DNA from: Mobula hypostoma
Taxonomy: Eukaryota
Assembly: GCF_963921235.1 (NCBI RefSeq)
Contig: NC_086097.1
Coordinates: 186,001-250,000, forward strand
DNA length: 64,000 nucleotides
Reading direction: 5' to 3'
In this document: positions 23,599 through 35,120 of the stretch, piece after piece
How positions within the stretch are numbered: position 1 is the stretch's first letter
How the letters are laid out: each line of letters starts with the position of its first letter
Program-made: the position numbers and the translations under genes
Notes under the pieces: generated by a model
What the model was told of the DNA's origin: nothing
What the model saw: only the letters and a program-made list of their open reading frames with translations
The model's database searches: none

Positions 23599-26500
23599 CA
23601 TGGCCTGATACTGCTCCTAGGTCTTATAGGATGGCAATTTTACAAGTAGCAGGGTGGGACAAGGTGAAGTCCAGGTAGCTGCGAGAGTCTATGGGTTTGT
23701 ACTAGACATCAATGGATAAGCTGTCTCCGGAGATAGAGACAGTAAGATTGCGAAAGGGAAGGGAGATGTCAGAAATGGACCAGGTGAATTTGAGGGCAGG
23801 GTGGAATTCAGAGGCAAGTGGATGAAGTCGACGAGTTCAGCACAGGTGCAGAAAACAGCACCAATACAGTCATTGATTTAGCGTAGGAAAAGTGCAGGAC
23901 GGTCACCCGTATAGGCTTGGAACACAAACTGTTGCACAGAGCCGACAAACAGGTAGGCATAGCTGGGACCCAGGTGATTGCCCATAGCTACCCCCTTTTT
24001 TTTAAGGAAGTGGGAGGAGCCAAAGGAGAAATTGTTGAGAGTGAGGACAAGTTCTACTAGGCAGACGAGAGTGGTGGTGGAGGGGAACTGGTTAGGTCTG
24101 ATGTCCAGAAAAAAAACAGAGCTTTGAGGCCTTCCTGGTGGACGATGGAGGTGTACACAGGGACTGGACATCCATAGTTAAAATAAGATGATGGGGACCA
24201 GGAACTTGAAATCCTTGAAAAGCTCAAGAGCACGTGAGGTGTCATGGACGTAGGTAAGAAGTGACTGAACTATGGGGGATAAAACAGAGTCAAGGTATGC
24301 CGATATGAGTTCAGTGGGGCAGGAACAAGCTGAAACAATAGGTCTACCTGGACAAGCGGGTTTGTCGATCTTGGGTAGGAGGTAGAAACAGGAGGTGCAG
24401 GGTGCAGGAACAATGAGGCTGGTGGCAGTGGATGGGAGATACCCAGAGTCAATAAGGCTGGCGATGGTGCGGGAGACAATGGTCTGGCATTCCTTAGTGG
24501 GGTTTTGTTTGAGGTGTAGGTAAGAGGAGGTTTCTGAGAGTTGGCGCTGGGCCTCAGCAAAGTAAAGGTCAGTACGCCAGTCTACAGCAGCACTTCCCTT
24601 ATCTGCTGGTTTGATGGTGAGCTTAGGATTGGTGCGGAGGGAGTGGAGAGCCGGGCGTTCAGAAGGAGTGAGGTTGGAATAGGAGAGGAATGTTAAAGTC
24701 TACACATTTATGTCCTATCGGCAGTTGGCAATAAAAAGGTCCAGGCAGAAGACCAGGGTGAGGTGTCCAGGAAAGGGACATTCAAAGGAAATATTACAAT
24801 CAGGAGAATTGAGAAGAAAAGTAAGGTAGGTAGAATCAGTGATACATAGCACAAAAACAGGCCCTTCAGCCCAACTTAAAGTTGGTTACTTAAATTCATC
24901 CTATTTATCTGTATTTGGCCAATACTTTCCTACAGTGTATCTGTCCAAATGCTGCGAGTCTTCCATATCCACGTATACCTCCTATCCATGTACCCATCCA
25001 AACTTCTCTTAAACGTTGAAATCTAGCTCGCATACATCATTTGTGCTGGCAGCTCATTCCACACACTCATGAGCAATGAGTGAGGAAATATCCCCTCGTA
25101 TTCCCCTTAAACCTTTCGCCTTTCAACCTTAACCCATGAACTCTGGTTTAGTCACACCCAAAAGGGAAAATGTCTGCTGCACTTACCCCATCTAAACTCC
25201 TCATAATTTTGTAAACTATCAAATCTCCTCTCAATCTTCTAGCTCTAAAGAATACAGTCCGATCCAGTCATCAACAAATTTACCAACCCATTCCTCCACT
25301 GCCTCATCCAGCTCATTTATAAAAATCACGAAGAGAAGGGGTCTAAGAACAGATCCCTGAGGCACACCACTGGTCACCAACCTCCATGCAGAATATGACC
25401 CGTCTACAACCACACTTTGCCTTCTGTGAGCAAGCAAATTCTGGATCCACAAAGCAAGGTCCCCTTGGATCCCATGCCTCCTTACTTTCTTAATAAGCCT
25501 TGCATGGGATACGTTACCAAATGCCTTGCTGACATCCATGTATACTATATCTACTGCTCTACCTTCATCAATGTGTTTAGTTACATCCTCAAAAAATTCA
25601 ATCAGGCTCGTAAGGCATGACCTGCCCTTGACAAAGCCATGCTAACTATTCCTAATCATATTATACCTCTCCAAATATTCATAAGTCCTGCCTCTCAGGA
25701 TATTCTCCATCAACTTACCAACCACTGAAGTAAGACTCACTGGTCTATAATTTCCTGGGCGAACTCTACCCCCTTTCTTGAATAAGGGAACAACATCTTC
25801 AATCCTCCAATCCTCCAGAACTTCTCCCATCTCCATTGATAATGCACTGATCATTGCCAGAGGCTTGCAATTTCCTCCCTTGCCTCCCACAGTAGCCTGG
25901 GGTGCATCTCATCCAGTATCGGAGACTTTTTCAACTTGATGCTTTCCAAAAGCTCCAGCACATCCTCTTTCTTAATATCTACATGCTCAAACTTTTCAGT
26001 CCATTGTAAGTCATCCCTACAATCACCAAGATCCTTTTCCATAGTGAATACTGAAGCAATCCATTAAATACTTCCTCTATCTCCTCCGGTTCCATACACA
26101 CTTTTCCACTGTCACACTTGATTGGTCCTATTCTCTCACATCTTATCTTCGTGTTCTTCACATACCTGTAGAATGCCTTGGGGTTTTCCTTAATCCTGCT
26201 CGCCAAGGCCTTCTCATGGCCCCTTCTGGCTCTCCTAATTTCATTCTTAAGGTCCTTCCTGCAAGCCTTATAATTTCCTAGATCGCTATCATTACCTAGT
26301 TTTTTTAACCTTTCGTAAGCTTTTCTTTTCTTCTTGACTAGATTTTCAACAGCCTTTGTACACCACGGTTCCTGTACCCTACCATCCTTTCCGAGTCTCA
26401 TTGAAATGTACCTATGCAGAACTCCATACAAATATCCCCTGAACATTTGCCACATTTCTGTCATACATTTCCCTGAGAAGCTGTTCCCAATTTCTACTTC

Positions 26501-28203
26501 CAAGTTCCTGCCCGATAGCTTCATATTTCCTCTTACTCCAATTAAACGTCTTCCTAACTTGGCTGTTCTTATCCCTCTCCAATGCTATGGTAAATGAGAC
26601 AGAATTGTCTCCAAAATGCTCTTCCACTGCGAGATCTGACACCTGATCAGGTTCATTTCCCAATACCAGATCAAGTACAGCCTCTCCTCTTGTAGGCTTA
26701 AAGCAGAACAACATTGGCTATCCTCCAATCCTCTGGTACCTCTCCAGTCGTTCAGGATGTTTTAAATATCCCGGCAATTTCTGCACACCTCCCATAGGGT
26801 CTCAAGGAACACCTTGTCAGGCCCTGGGAATCTATCCACCCTGATCTGCCTCAGGGTAGCAAACACCTCCTCTTCTGTAATCTGTACTGAGCCCATGAAG
26901 TTGATGCTACTTTGCCTCACTCCTATTGACTCTATCCATCTCCTGAGTAAATACTGATACAGAGAATTCATTGAAGATCTCTCTCATCTGTTTTGGCTAC
27001 ACACATGGTCTTCCAAAGGACCAATCTTGTCCCTTGCAATCTTTCTGCTCTTTATACATCTGTAGAGTCCCTTAGGGTTCTTCCTCACCTTGTCTGCTAA
27101 AGCAACTTCATACCTTCTTGTAGCCTTCCTGATTTCTGTCTTAAGTGTCTCTTGCATTTCTTGTACTCCATCAGCACCGCATTTATTCCTACTTGCCTAT
27201 ATCTGCTGTGCACCTCCTTTTTTCTCTTAACCAGGGCTTCACTATCTCCTGAACATGAAGGTTCCCTACACTTGTTATCTTTATCTTTTTTTCTGACAGG
27301 TATACACAAGCTTTGTCCCCTCAAAATTTCATATTTGAAGGCCTCCCACTTTCCAAGTACAACTTTGCCAGAAAACAGCCTGTCCCAATCCACATTTCTA
27401 ATACCATCAAAATTGGTCTTTCTCCAGTTTAGAATCTCAACCTGTGGACCAGACCTATCTTTCTGTATATTTACTTTGAAACGAATGGCATTTCGGTGAC
27501 TGAATGCAAAGTGTTCCCCTACACAAATTTCTGTCACCTGCCCTGTCTCATTCCCCCAATAGCAGATCCAGCATCATACGCTCTCTCATTAGGACTTCTA
27601 CGTACTGATGAAGGAAACTTTCTTGAATACATCTCACAACTTCTATCTGGAAGATTGTTCACTCTCCCTCTTAAGAATGCCAAGGATTCAATCTGAGATG
27701 TCCCAGACCCTGGAACCCCGAAGGCAACATACCATCCAGGAATCTTGTTCTCGCCCACAGAATCTCCTGTCCATTCCTCTAACTAATGAGTCTGCTATCA
27801 CTGCAGTACGCCTTTTCTACCCGCTTCCGTTTTATGACACAGGGCCAATGCCAGATACCCAACCACTTGACTTTCCTGTTAAGTCATCCTTCGAATAGTA
27901 TCCAAAGTGGTATACTTGTTCTTAAGGGGGAATGGCTGCAGGAGTACTCTGCAATGGCTCCTTAATCCCTTTCCCCTGCCGACTGTCACCCAGTTTCCTG
28001 TCCTGCACCTTCGGTGTAACTACCTCTCTAAGTGTCTTATCTATCACTCCTTCCACCTCCCGAATGTCCAGTTCCAGCTCCAACTCCTTAAAACTGATTG
28101 TTAGAAGCTGCAGCTGGATGCACATATCACAGTTGTCGTCGTCAGGGACACTGGAGGTCTCCCTGCCTTCCCACATCCCGCAAGAGGAGCACTGAACTAT
28201 CCT

Positions 28204-28392
28204 CAAAGTTGCTGGTGAACGCAGCAGGCCAGGCAGCATCTATAGGAAGAAGCGCAGTCGACCTTCGTCAGGGTCTCGGCCTGAAACGTCGACTGCGCTT
28301 CTTCCTATAGATGCTGCCTGGCCTGCTGCGTTCACCAGCAACTTTGATGTATGTTGCTTGAATTTCCAGCATCTGCAGAATTCCTGTTGTTT
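28204..28392. mobile_element. Palindromic Penelope-like insertion inside a CR1 ORF1
   Basis: Perfect 59-bp inverted arms 28204-28262 / 28288-28346; 15-bp TSD GCACTGAACTATCCT (28189-203, 28393-407). Confidence 0.92.
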
Positions 28393-29384
28393 GCACTGAA
28401 CTATCCTGCCTGGCGTCTCTACTGTCCTAACAGACATAAAGGGAAGGAAAAAAAACTTTACCTAGAGCTTTTCTGTTTTTTTTACTGAAGCCTCAAAGAG
28501 CTAAAGCCTCAAGATCACCACTCTAATCTGTCCATTCAGATGGTGGCTACAGCGCTTGGCCCTGCCTTCCTTAAATTTGCTCTTGCTAATCAATCCCAAA
28601 CACTGAATGGTCGTCGGTCAAAGATCAATTACACTTCCTCGATCTGCCACTGCCTTTTTCCACTCAGTCAATGGACCTGACAGAAATCTCAAATCCTCTC
28701 CTCTCAAACCTCTGATGTCCAGATTGGTCACTGGTCAAAGCTCAATCCTGGTTTGACTCCCCTACCCTGGTGATAAAAAACTCTGGCCACCATAAACTTC
28801 AGTAAGGTCACCCTCAGCCTCTCATTATCAAGCCTTCCAGTCCCAGTAACATTCTATTGAATTTGTTGCACTCTTTCTAGTTTAAAGATATCTTTCTTAT
28901 TGCTGGGTGACCAGAACTGCACACAATACTCCAAGTGTAGTCTCATCAACAACTGGCATAGATGCAACATAACGTCCCAACCCCTGTACTCAGTGTGCGC
29001 ACTGATGAAGGAAACTCCGCTAATGCCTTCTTCACCACCCTCTCAACCTGTGGCACCACTTTCAGAGAACTAAGAACCTGAACCCATAGGCCTCTCGATT
29101 CTATCACACTCTCCAAGACTTGGCCATTTACTGTGCAGGTACTGCCTGGTTTAACCTACCAAAAAGTAATACTTCACACTTGGAGTTAAGCTCCATCTTC
29201 CATTCTTTGGTCCACTTCCCCAGTACGTCTGGATCCTGATGACAACAGTCTTCACTGTTCATTACACCACCAATTTTAGTATCATCCATAAAATTACTAA
29301 CCACATTAACAATGTCATTAAAGTCATTAATATAGATGACAAACAACAGTGGGACTAACACCAATCCCTGGAGCCTCAAATCTC

Positions 29385-29545
29385 AGAATCAGAACCAAGT
29401 TTATTGTCACTGACATATGCTGTGAAATTTGTTTCAGTAGTACAGTGCAAGATATAAAAAATAAACAAGTTAAAATAAACAAGTTACAATAAACAAGTTA
29501 GTGAAAGAGAATTGTAAGGTGGTGTTCATGGACCATTCAGAATTC
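29385..29545 (-). mobile_element. Rex/L2-type LINE 3' tail fragment
   Basis: cagaatcagaaccaagtttattgtca tail; shares ccattcagaa with 31027-31180. Confidence 0.65.
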
Positions 29546-30485
29546 AGAATGATCCATTTCCCTCTCAGTCCCAATCTCCTGCCTTCTCCCCCGTAACCTT
29601 TCATGCCGTGACTAATCAAGAACCTATCAATCTCTGCTTGAAATACACTCAATAACCTGGTCTGCACAACTGCCTATGGCAAAGAACTCCACAGATTCAC
29701 CACCCTCTGGCTAAAGAAATTCCTCCTCATCTCCGTTCTAAATGGATGTCCTCTATTCTGAGACGGTGCCCTCTGGTCTCAGACTCTCCCACTATAGGAA
29801 AGATCCACCATAAACCTTTTATTCTCAGAATCACTCTTGTGAACCTCCTCTGATTCCTCTCCAACATCAACACATCCTTTCTTAGATAAGGGACCCAAAA
29901 ATGCTCACAATACTCCTCAAGTGATACATCAGCATTACATCTTTGCTTTGATTTATAGTCCTCTTGAAATGAAGACTAACACTGAATTTGCCTTCCTCAC
30001 TGACTCAACCTGCAAACTAACCTTATGGAATCCTGCATGAACACTCCCAAATACTAAATGAACTCAGCAGGTCAAGCAACATCCCTGAAGGTAAATAAAC
30101 ACTAGACAGAACGGACAACATACCACCCTGTGCTATGAATCATACGAAACAACCATAAATGCAGTTGTGGTCATGAGTCCTAAACCGTGGAACACATCAC
30201 AACAGCGTACCCAGTGAGTCTTTTCTGAGGGAGGTACTTCATTCTGCCACTTGGCATCAGAAGCTATTGAGTGGATTGACAGATCAGACATCCAGTGAGA
30301 TTTCTGTCATATAAAAGGTAGTATAATCGTTTACAAAAATCATATTTAAAGCACTTGTCTCTGGGTATGCTTCCAGATTATGGAGGGCTATTATATCACA
30401 CACTACTACAAGGATCAGACAACACCCCGTGTCTGCATCACTTTAAGCTTCCTACACAATCAGCTGAATGCTGATGTTAACAAAT

Positions 30486-30665
30486 CTTGAAATGATGTTT
30501 CAAATCTCTTACTAGCTCTTCTTTCAGTTAGACCTGACGAAGGGTCTCGGCCCGAAGCGTCGACTGTACCTCTTCCTAGAGATGCTGCCTGACCTGCTGT
30601 GTTCACCAGCAACTTTTATGTGTGTTACTTGAAATTCCAGCATCTGCAGATTTCCTCAGGTTTGC
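30486..30665 (+). mobile_element. Penelope-like terminal-repeat insertion (hammerhead core mutated GAAA>GAAG)
   Basis: 10-bp TSD GTTAACAAAT (30476-85, 30666-75). Confidence 0.88.
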
Positions 30666-30854
30666 GTTAACAAATAATTACTCTGTCTTTGTGTCCAGAT
30701 GACGCACTTTAATCCTTATCCTACCATGTAGTACTAGAAAACTCAACAATGATTTGCTTCAAGTGCTAGGAACTATTTATTTAGTTTAATATATACATCA
30801 GACACACCCATGTGGATGCATGAGAGGCAACTCCACAATGCACTCGCTACTCAC

Positions 30855-31001
30855 CTTTGTCTCCTTCAGCCTGGCTTCAAGAATTTCCTTTGACCCTTGC
30901 ACTTTGTCACAGGTTTGCAAACGATCATGGATTGTTTGTATCCAGGACTGAGCCTTTGTGTAGCAAGTTTCAAAATCATCATCTTCCCCCTGCACAACCA
31001 T
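30855..31001 (-). CDS. SYNE3: Nesprin-3 (SYNE3)-like first coding exon (exon spans 31015-30855, including 14 nt of 5'UTR)
   Basis: Translates MVVQGEDDDFETCYTKAQSWIQTIHDRLQTCDKVQGSKEILEARLKETK, colinear with the recalled human nesprin-3 N-terminus MTQQPQDDFDRSVEDAQAWMKAVQDQLQVNDNTQGPRAALEARLWETE. Acceptor tctctttgcag|TTCC at 31016/31015; donor AAG|gtgagt at 30855/30854, phase 0. Confidence 0.85.
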
Positions 31002-31025
31002 TTCAGCAACTGGAACTGCAAAGAG

Positions 31026-31185
31026 AGAATCAGAATCAGATTTATTGTCATTGAGGAATACCAAGATAGTGCTTATGGGCCATTCAGAAAGCCGACGGTG
31101 GAAGGAAAAAAGCTTTTCCCAAAATGTTGAGAAGGCACATACTGGATGAATAGGGTCCACACCTACCAACCAGATGCTCAGCAAG
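31026..31185 (-). mobile_element. Rex/L2-type LINE 3' end abutting the SYNE3 splice acceptor
   Basis: Minus strand TGACAATAAA(TCTGAT)2 tail; body resembles 29385-29545 and the 3' part of the Rex1 ORF. Confidence 0.7.
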
Positions 31186-31329
31186 ATGTAGTTTGCCATA
31201 GTTTGCCAATGTAGTTTGCATTGGCTGTTTGTGCTGTTTTCTGGGGTTCGATGTGAAGAACAGCACAAACAGCCAATGCATCAACTATCAGAAGGAAAGT
31301 GAGGTCAAGGAGCAGCGGCATCCAAAGAG

Positions 31330-31905
31330 AAATTCGGGCTATAAAACCATTAAGGACAAAGTCTCCGCCCAATCCACTCCTGCAATAATCTGCGGAAATC
31401 GAGAAACAATACATCCAGTCCGAGCTCAAGCATCCTTCCCCGGGCATCTCGCCTATGCCTAACCAGGCAAGGCCAAAGCTCCGGCCCTCGTCCACCTCCC
31501 TCTCTCCGGCCTCTCATCCTCACGGCCTTGCCTCCGTCCACAGCTACGGCCCACTCTCCATCGCTCTAAGTAACGGCACCGACCTCGGGATTCACCGCAT
31601 CTACCGCGCGCTCCCCCAGAGCGGAAGACGCAGACTGACCAATGCAACCCCGATACCGTCTGCTGCTCCCCGCCGAATTGGCCTCGGCTCCTTCACTCCT
31701 AGCGCGTCGCTTCCGCCCCGGACGTAGAGTTGGGGCCGGGCTGGGGCAGCAGTGGGCGGGACCAGAGGGCTGGGGCTGGGGCCGGGGCCGAGGCCAGATG
31801 GTTGGGACAGCTGCGGAGGGGAGCAGTGGGACTGCAGCAGCCGGGGCGAAATCGGAGGGGAGGTTCATTGCAAAGCGGCGGGCGGAGCAGTAGCTGGCGG
31901 GACAG
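31330..31905. promoter_or_regulatory. CpG island / probable SYNE3-like promoter and non-coding exon 1
   Basis: GC- and CpG-dense unique sequence 0.3-0.9 kb upstream of the first coding exon. It contains CCAAT (~31639), ATTGG (~31677) and GC boxes (~31713, ~31754, ~31880). Candidate minus-strand donor GCG|gtgaat near 31596. The TSS cannot be determined. Confidence 0.7.
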
Positions 31906-32685
31906 GAGCAACACGCAAAATGCGAAAGGAACTCAGTCGGCCAAGCTGTATCTTTGGAAATGAACAATCAATGTTTCGGGCGGAGACGCTTCATGAAGAC
32001 AGGAAAGGAAAAGAAGGGGAGGGGGGAGATGCCAGAATAAAAAGCATGAGGGAGAGGAGTACAAATGCGAAGGTGAGCGGTGAGGGGGAAGGTAGCTGGG
32101 AGGTGATAGGAGACGTGATGGGCAAGTTAGGAGAAGGGTTAAGAGTGGAAACCAGAATGGGGAATGGAAAAATAAAAGAAAGAAGGGGAAGTGGGGAAAA
32201 ATTACCAGTCAGAAAAATCAATGTTCATGCCATCAGGTTATAGGCTACCTATTTGCAATATGAGGTGTTAACTCCTCCAACCTGAGAAACATGGACTGAC
32301 ATGTCAGAATTGGAATTGAAAGTTGAAATGAAATGAGTAGCCACCGGGAGATTCTCCTTTTAGCAGTGGACAGAACAAGGCGCTCGACAAAGCAGTCCCC
32401 CGAACTGCATCGGGAGCACCAGATACAATAGATGATCCCAGCAGGTAAAGTATTGCCTCACCTGGAAGGACTGTTTGGGACTCTGAACAGTGGTGAGAGT
32501 GGAGATGCAGGGGCAGGTGTAGCAAAGTCATATTTGCAGGGATAAGTGCCAGGAGAGTGATCAGTGGGGAGGACAAGTGAATCACATAGAGAGTAATCCC
32601 TATGGAAAGCAGTCTCTGGAGTGGTAGGATCCTGCTGGAGATGGCAGTAGTTAGAGAATGATATGCTAGATACGGAGGCCCGTGG
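31906..32685 (-). mobile_element. Old Penelope-like 3' fragment
   Basis: Diverged homolog of 19847-20600 and 42015-42495. Confidence 0.8.
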
Positions 32686-33003
32686 GGTCAGAGGCTTTTC
32701 CCAGGGCTGAAATAGCTATCACGAGAGGGCACAGTTTTAAGGTGCCTGGAAGTAGGTGCAGAGGAGGTGTCAGGGTAAGTTTTTTTATGCAGAGAGTTCT
32801 GAGTGGATGGAATGGGCTGCGGGTAATGGAGGCAGATACGATAGGGTCTTTTAAGAGACTCCTGGATAGGTACATGGAGCTGAGAAAAATAGAGGGCTAT
32901 GGGTAACCCTAGGTAATTTCTAAGGTAAGTACATGTTCAGCACGGCATTGTGGGCCAAAGAGACTGTATTATGTTGTAGTTTTTCTATTTTTCTATGTTT
33001 CTA
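32686..33003 (+). mobile_element. CR1 family C 3' end
   Basis: FPRAE.AITRGH motif and tail tttctatgtttcta. Confidence 0.9.
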
Positions 33004-34803
33004 AATTAAAATCTTCCACCACGCCAACCCTGTTATTATTGCATCTTTCCAGACCCTGTTTCAATATCTGCTCCTTGATGTCCCTGTTACTATTGGGTGG
33101 TCTATTAAAAAACACCCAGTGGAGTTATTGACCCCTTCCTGTTTCGAACTTCCACCCACAGAGACACAGTAGACAATCTCTCCATGACTTCCTTCTTTTC
33201 TGCAGCCATAACACTATCTCTGATCAGCAGTGCCACGCCCCCGCCTCTTTTGCCTCTCTCCTGTCCTTTCTGAAACATCTAAAGCCTGGCACTCGAAGTA
33301 GCCATTCCTGTCCCTGAGCCATCCAAGTCTCTGTAATGGCCACCACATCAGCTCCAAGTACTGATCCACGCTCTAAACTCATCCGCTTTGTTCATGATAC
33401 TCCTTGCATTAAAATAGACACATCTCAAACCATCAGTCTGAGCGCATCCCTTCTCTATCACCTGCCTATCCTCCCTCTCACACTGTCTCCAAGTTTTCTC
33501 TGGATGTGAGCCAACAGCCCCTCCTTCCGTCTCTTCAGTTTGGTTCCCACCCCCTGCAATTCAAGTTTAAACTCTCCCAAATAGCCTTAACAAACCTCCC
33601 TGCCAGGATATTGGTTCCCCCTTGTATTCAAGTGCAACCCGTCCTTTTTGTACAGGTCACTCATGCCCAAAAAGAGGTCCTGATGATCCAGAAATCTGAA
33701 TGCTTGCCCCCTGCTCCAATCCCTCAGCCATGCATTTATCATCCATCTCACTCTATTCCTATACTCACTGTTGAATGGCACAGGCAGTAATCCCGAGATT
33801 ACTACCTTTGTGGTCCTACACCTTAACTTCCTTCCTAACTCACTGCAGTCTGTTTTCAGAACCAACCCTCTTTTCCTACCTATATCATTGGTACCAATAT
33901 GTACCACGACCTCTAGCTGTTCACCTTCCCACTTCAAGATGTCATGGACGCGATCAGAAACATTCCAGACCCTGGCACCTGGGAGGCAAACTACCATCTG
34001 TGTTTCTTTCCTGCGTCCACAGAATTGCCCGTCTGACCCCCTAACTATAGAGTCCCCTGTCACTGCTGCCATCCTCTTCCTTTCCCTCTCCTTCTGAGCC
34101 ACAGGGCCAGACTCTGAGCCAGAGGAACAGCGACTGTTGCTTCCCCCAGGTAGGCCGTTCCCCCCCCCCCCCAACTGCACTGAAACAGTAGTACTTGTGT
34201 TAAGGGGGAGAGCCACAGGGGTACTCTCCAGTATCTGACTCTTGCCCTTCCCTCTCCTGACTGTTACCCACTTGCATGTCTCCTGAGGCCCTGGTGTGAC
34301 TACTTGTCTATAACTCCTCTCTATCACCTCCTCACTCTCTCTGACCAGACAAAGGCCATCGAGCTGCACGTCCAGTTCCCAAACCCAGTCCCTAAAAAGC
34401 TGCAGCTCAACGCACCTGGCGCAGATGTGGCTGTCCGGGAGGCTGGAAGTCACCCAGACATCCCACATCCAACACCCAGTACAGAACACAGGCCTTGCAG
34501 TAATACTTCCTATTCTTCATAAGTAAGTTACTTTGCCTCAACCCATTATCGCCGAAGCCCTGTTGAACCAAAGCCCTCCTACTCTGACTCCCTTTACTCT
34601 GTCACCTGCTCCTATAATGCCCGGTCTATAAAGCTGTCTTCTTTTTAAACTCTTTCCACTGGTCTAACTTGCTGATGTCCACGTGCCTGCGCAGTCATTC
34701 CACGATCAAACCGTAGAAGAAAAAAATTATCTCCTTTTATACTTCTCCCACTGGTCTAACTCACTGACATCCTCGCGCCTGCGCAGTCATTTCCCGATTA
34801 ACC
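33004..34803 (-). mobile_element. CR1 5' half: tandem 5' monomers, almost intact ORF1 (33587-34489), start of the APE domain
   Basis: 300-aa ORF with CxxC...CxxC zinc finger, coiled coil, GDSIVRG, VHIGTND and DGLHLN. Confidence 0.92.
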
Positions 34804-35120
34804 TTTAGGGAATCCTGCACAAGTACTCCCAAGTCCCTCTACGCCTCAGTTTTTTGTATTTTCTCTCCACTTAGAAAATAGTCAACCCTTTCATTTCTTT
34901 TGCCAAAGTGCATGATCATACACTTCCAGCACTATATTCCTCTGCCATCTCTTTGCCCATTCTCCAAATCTAATGCCTTCTGTAGCCTCTCTACTTCCTC
35001 AAAACTACCTGCCCCTCCATCTATCTTTTCATTGTCTGCAGATTTTGCAAGAAAGCCATCAATTCCATCATCCAAATCATTGACATATAACATCAAAAGA
35101 ATCGGTCCCAACACAGACCC

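Larger units (their letters stand above)
19847..24760 (-). mobile_element. Penelope-like element (19847-20750 and 23630-24760), split by nested CR1s
   Basis: GIY-YIG region CYTC...FTCESVGVIYC; RT LVLTLNNFSF...GVAMG.HLGPSYA.LF; terminal repeat with degenerate hammerhead at ~19937-19972. Confidence 0.88.
24840..30050 (-). mobile_element. Cluster of fragmented CR1 LINEs (family C 25265-26700; older copy with ORF1 26715-28560; 28770-29380; 29545-30050)
   Basis: Repeated CR1 RT, APE and ORF1 motifs (CSSCGMWE...CDMCIQLQLL). Confidence 0.85.

Noticed and set aside
19937..30566. Hammerheads at ~19937, ~28262 and ~30531 as active ribozymes
   Set aside because: The cores are broken (CTGCTGA, truncated core and GAAG respectively).
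31217..31238. Hairpin arm resembles the 3' half of let-7i (GTTTGTGCTGTT)
   Set aside because: The seed TGAGGTAG is absent; a 12-nt match is compatible with chance.
30798..31268. 156-aa ORF as a single-exon gene
   Set aside because: Only 31001-30855 resembles nesprin-3; the rest is intron and TE read-through across clear splice sites.
31566..31967. 133-aa Pro/Ala-rich minus-strand ORF in the CpG island as a SYNE3 N-terminal extension
   Set aside because: Its plausible donors are phase 0 while the 31015 acceptor needs phase 1, and long ORFs occur by chance in GC-rich DNA.
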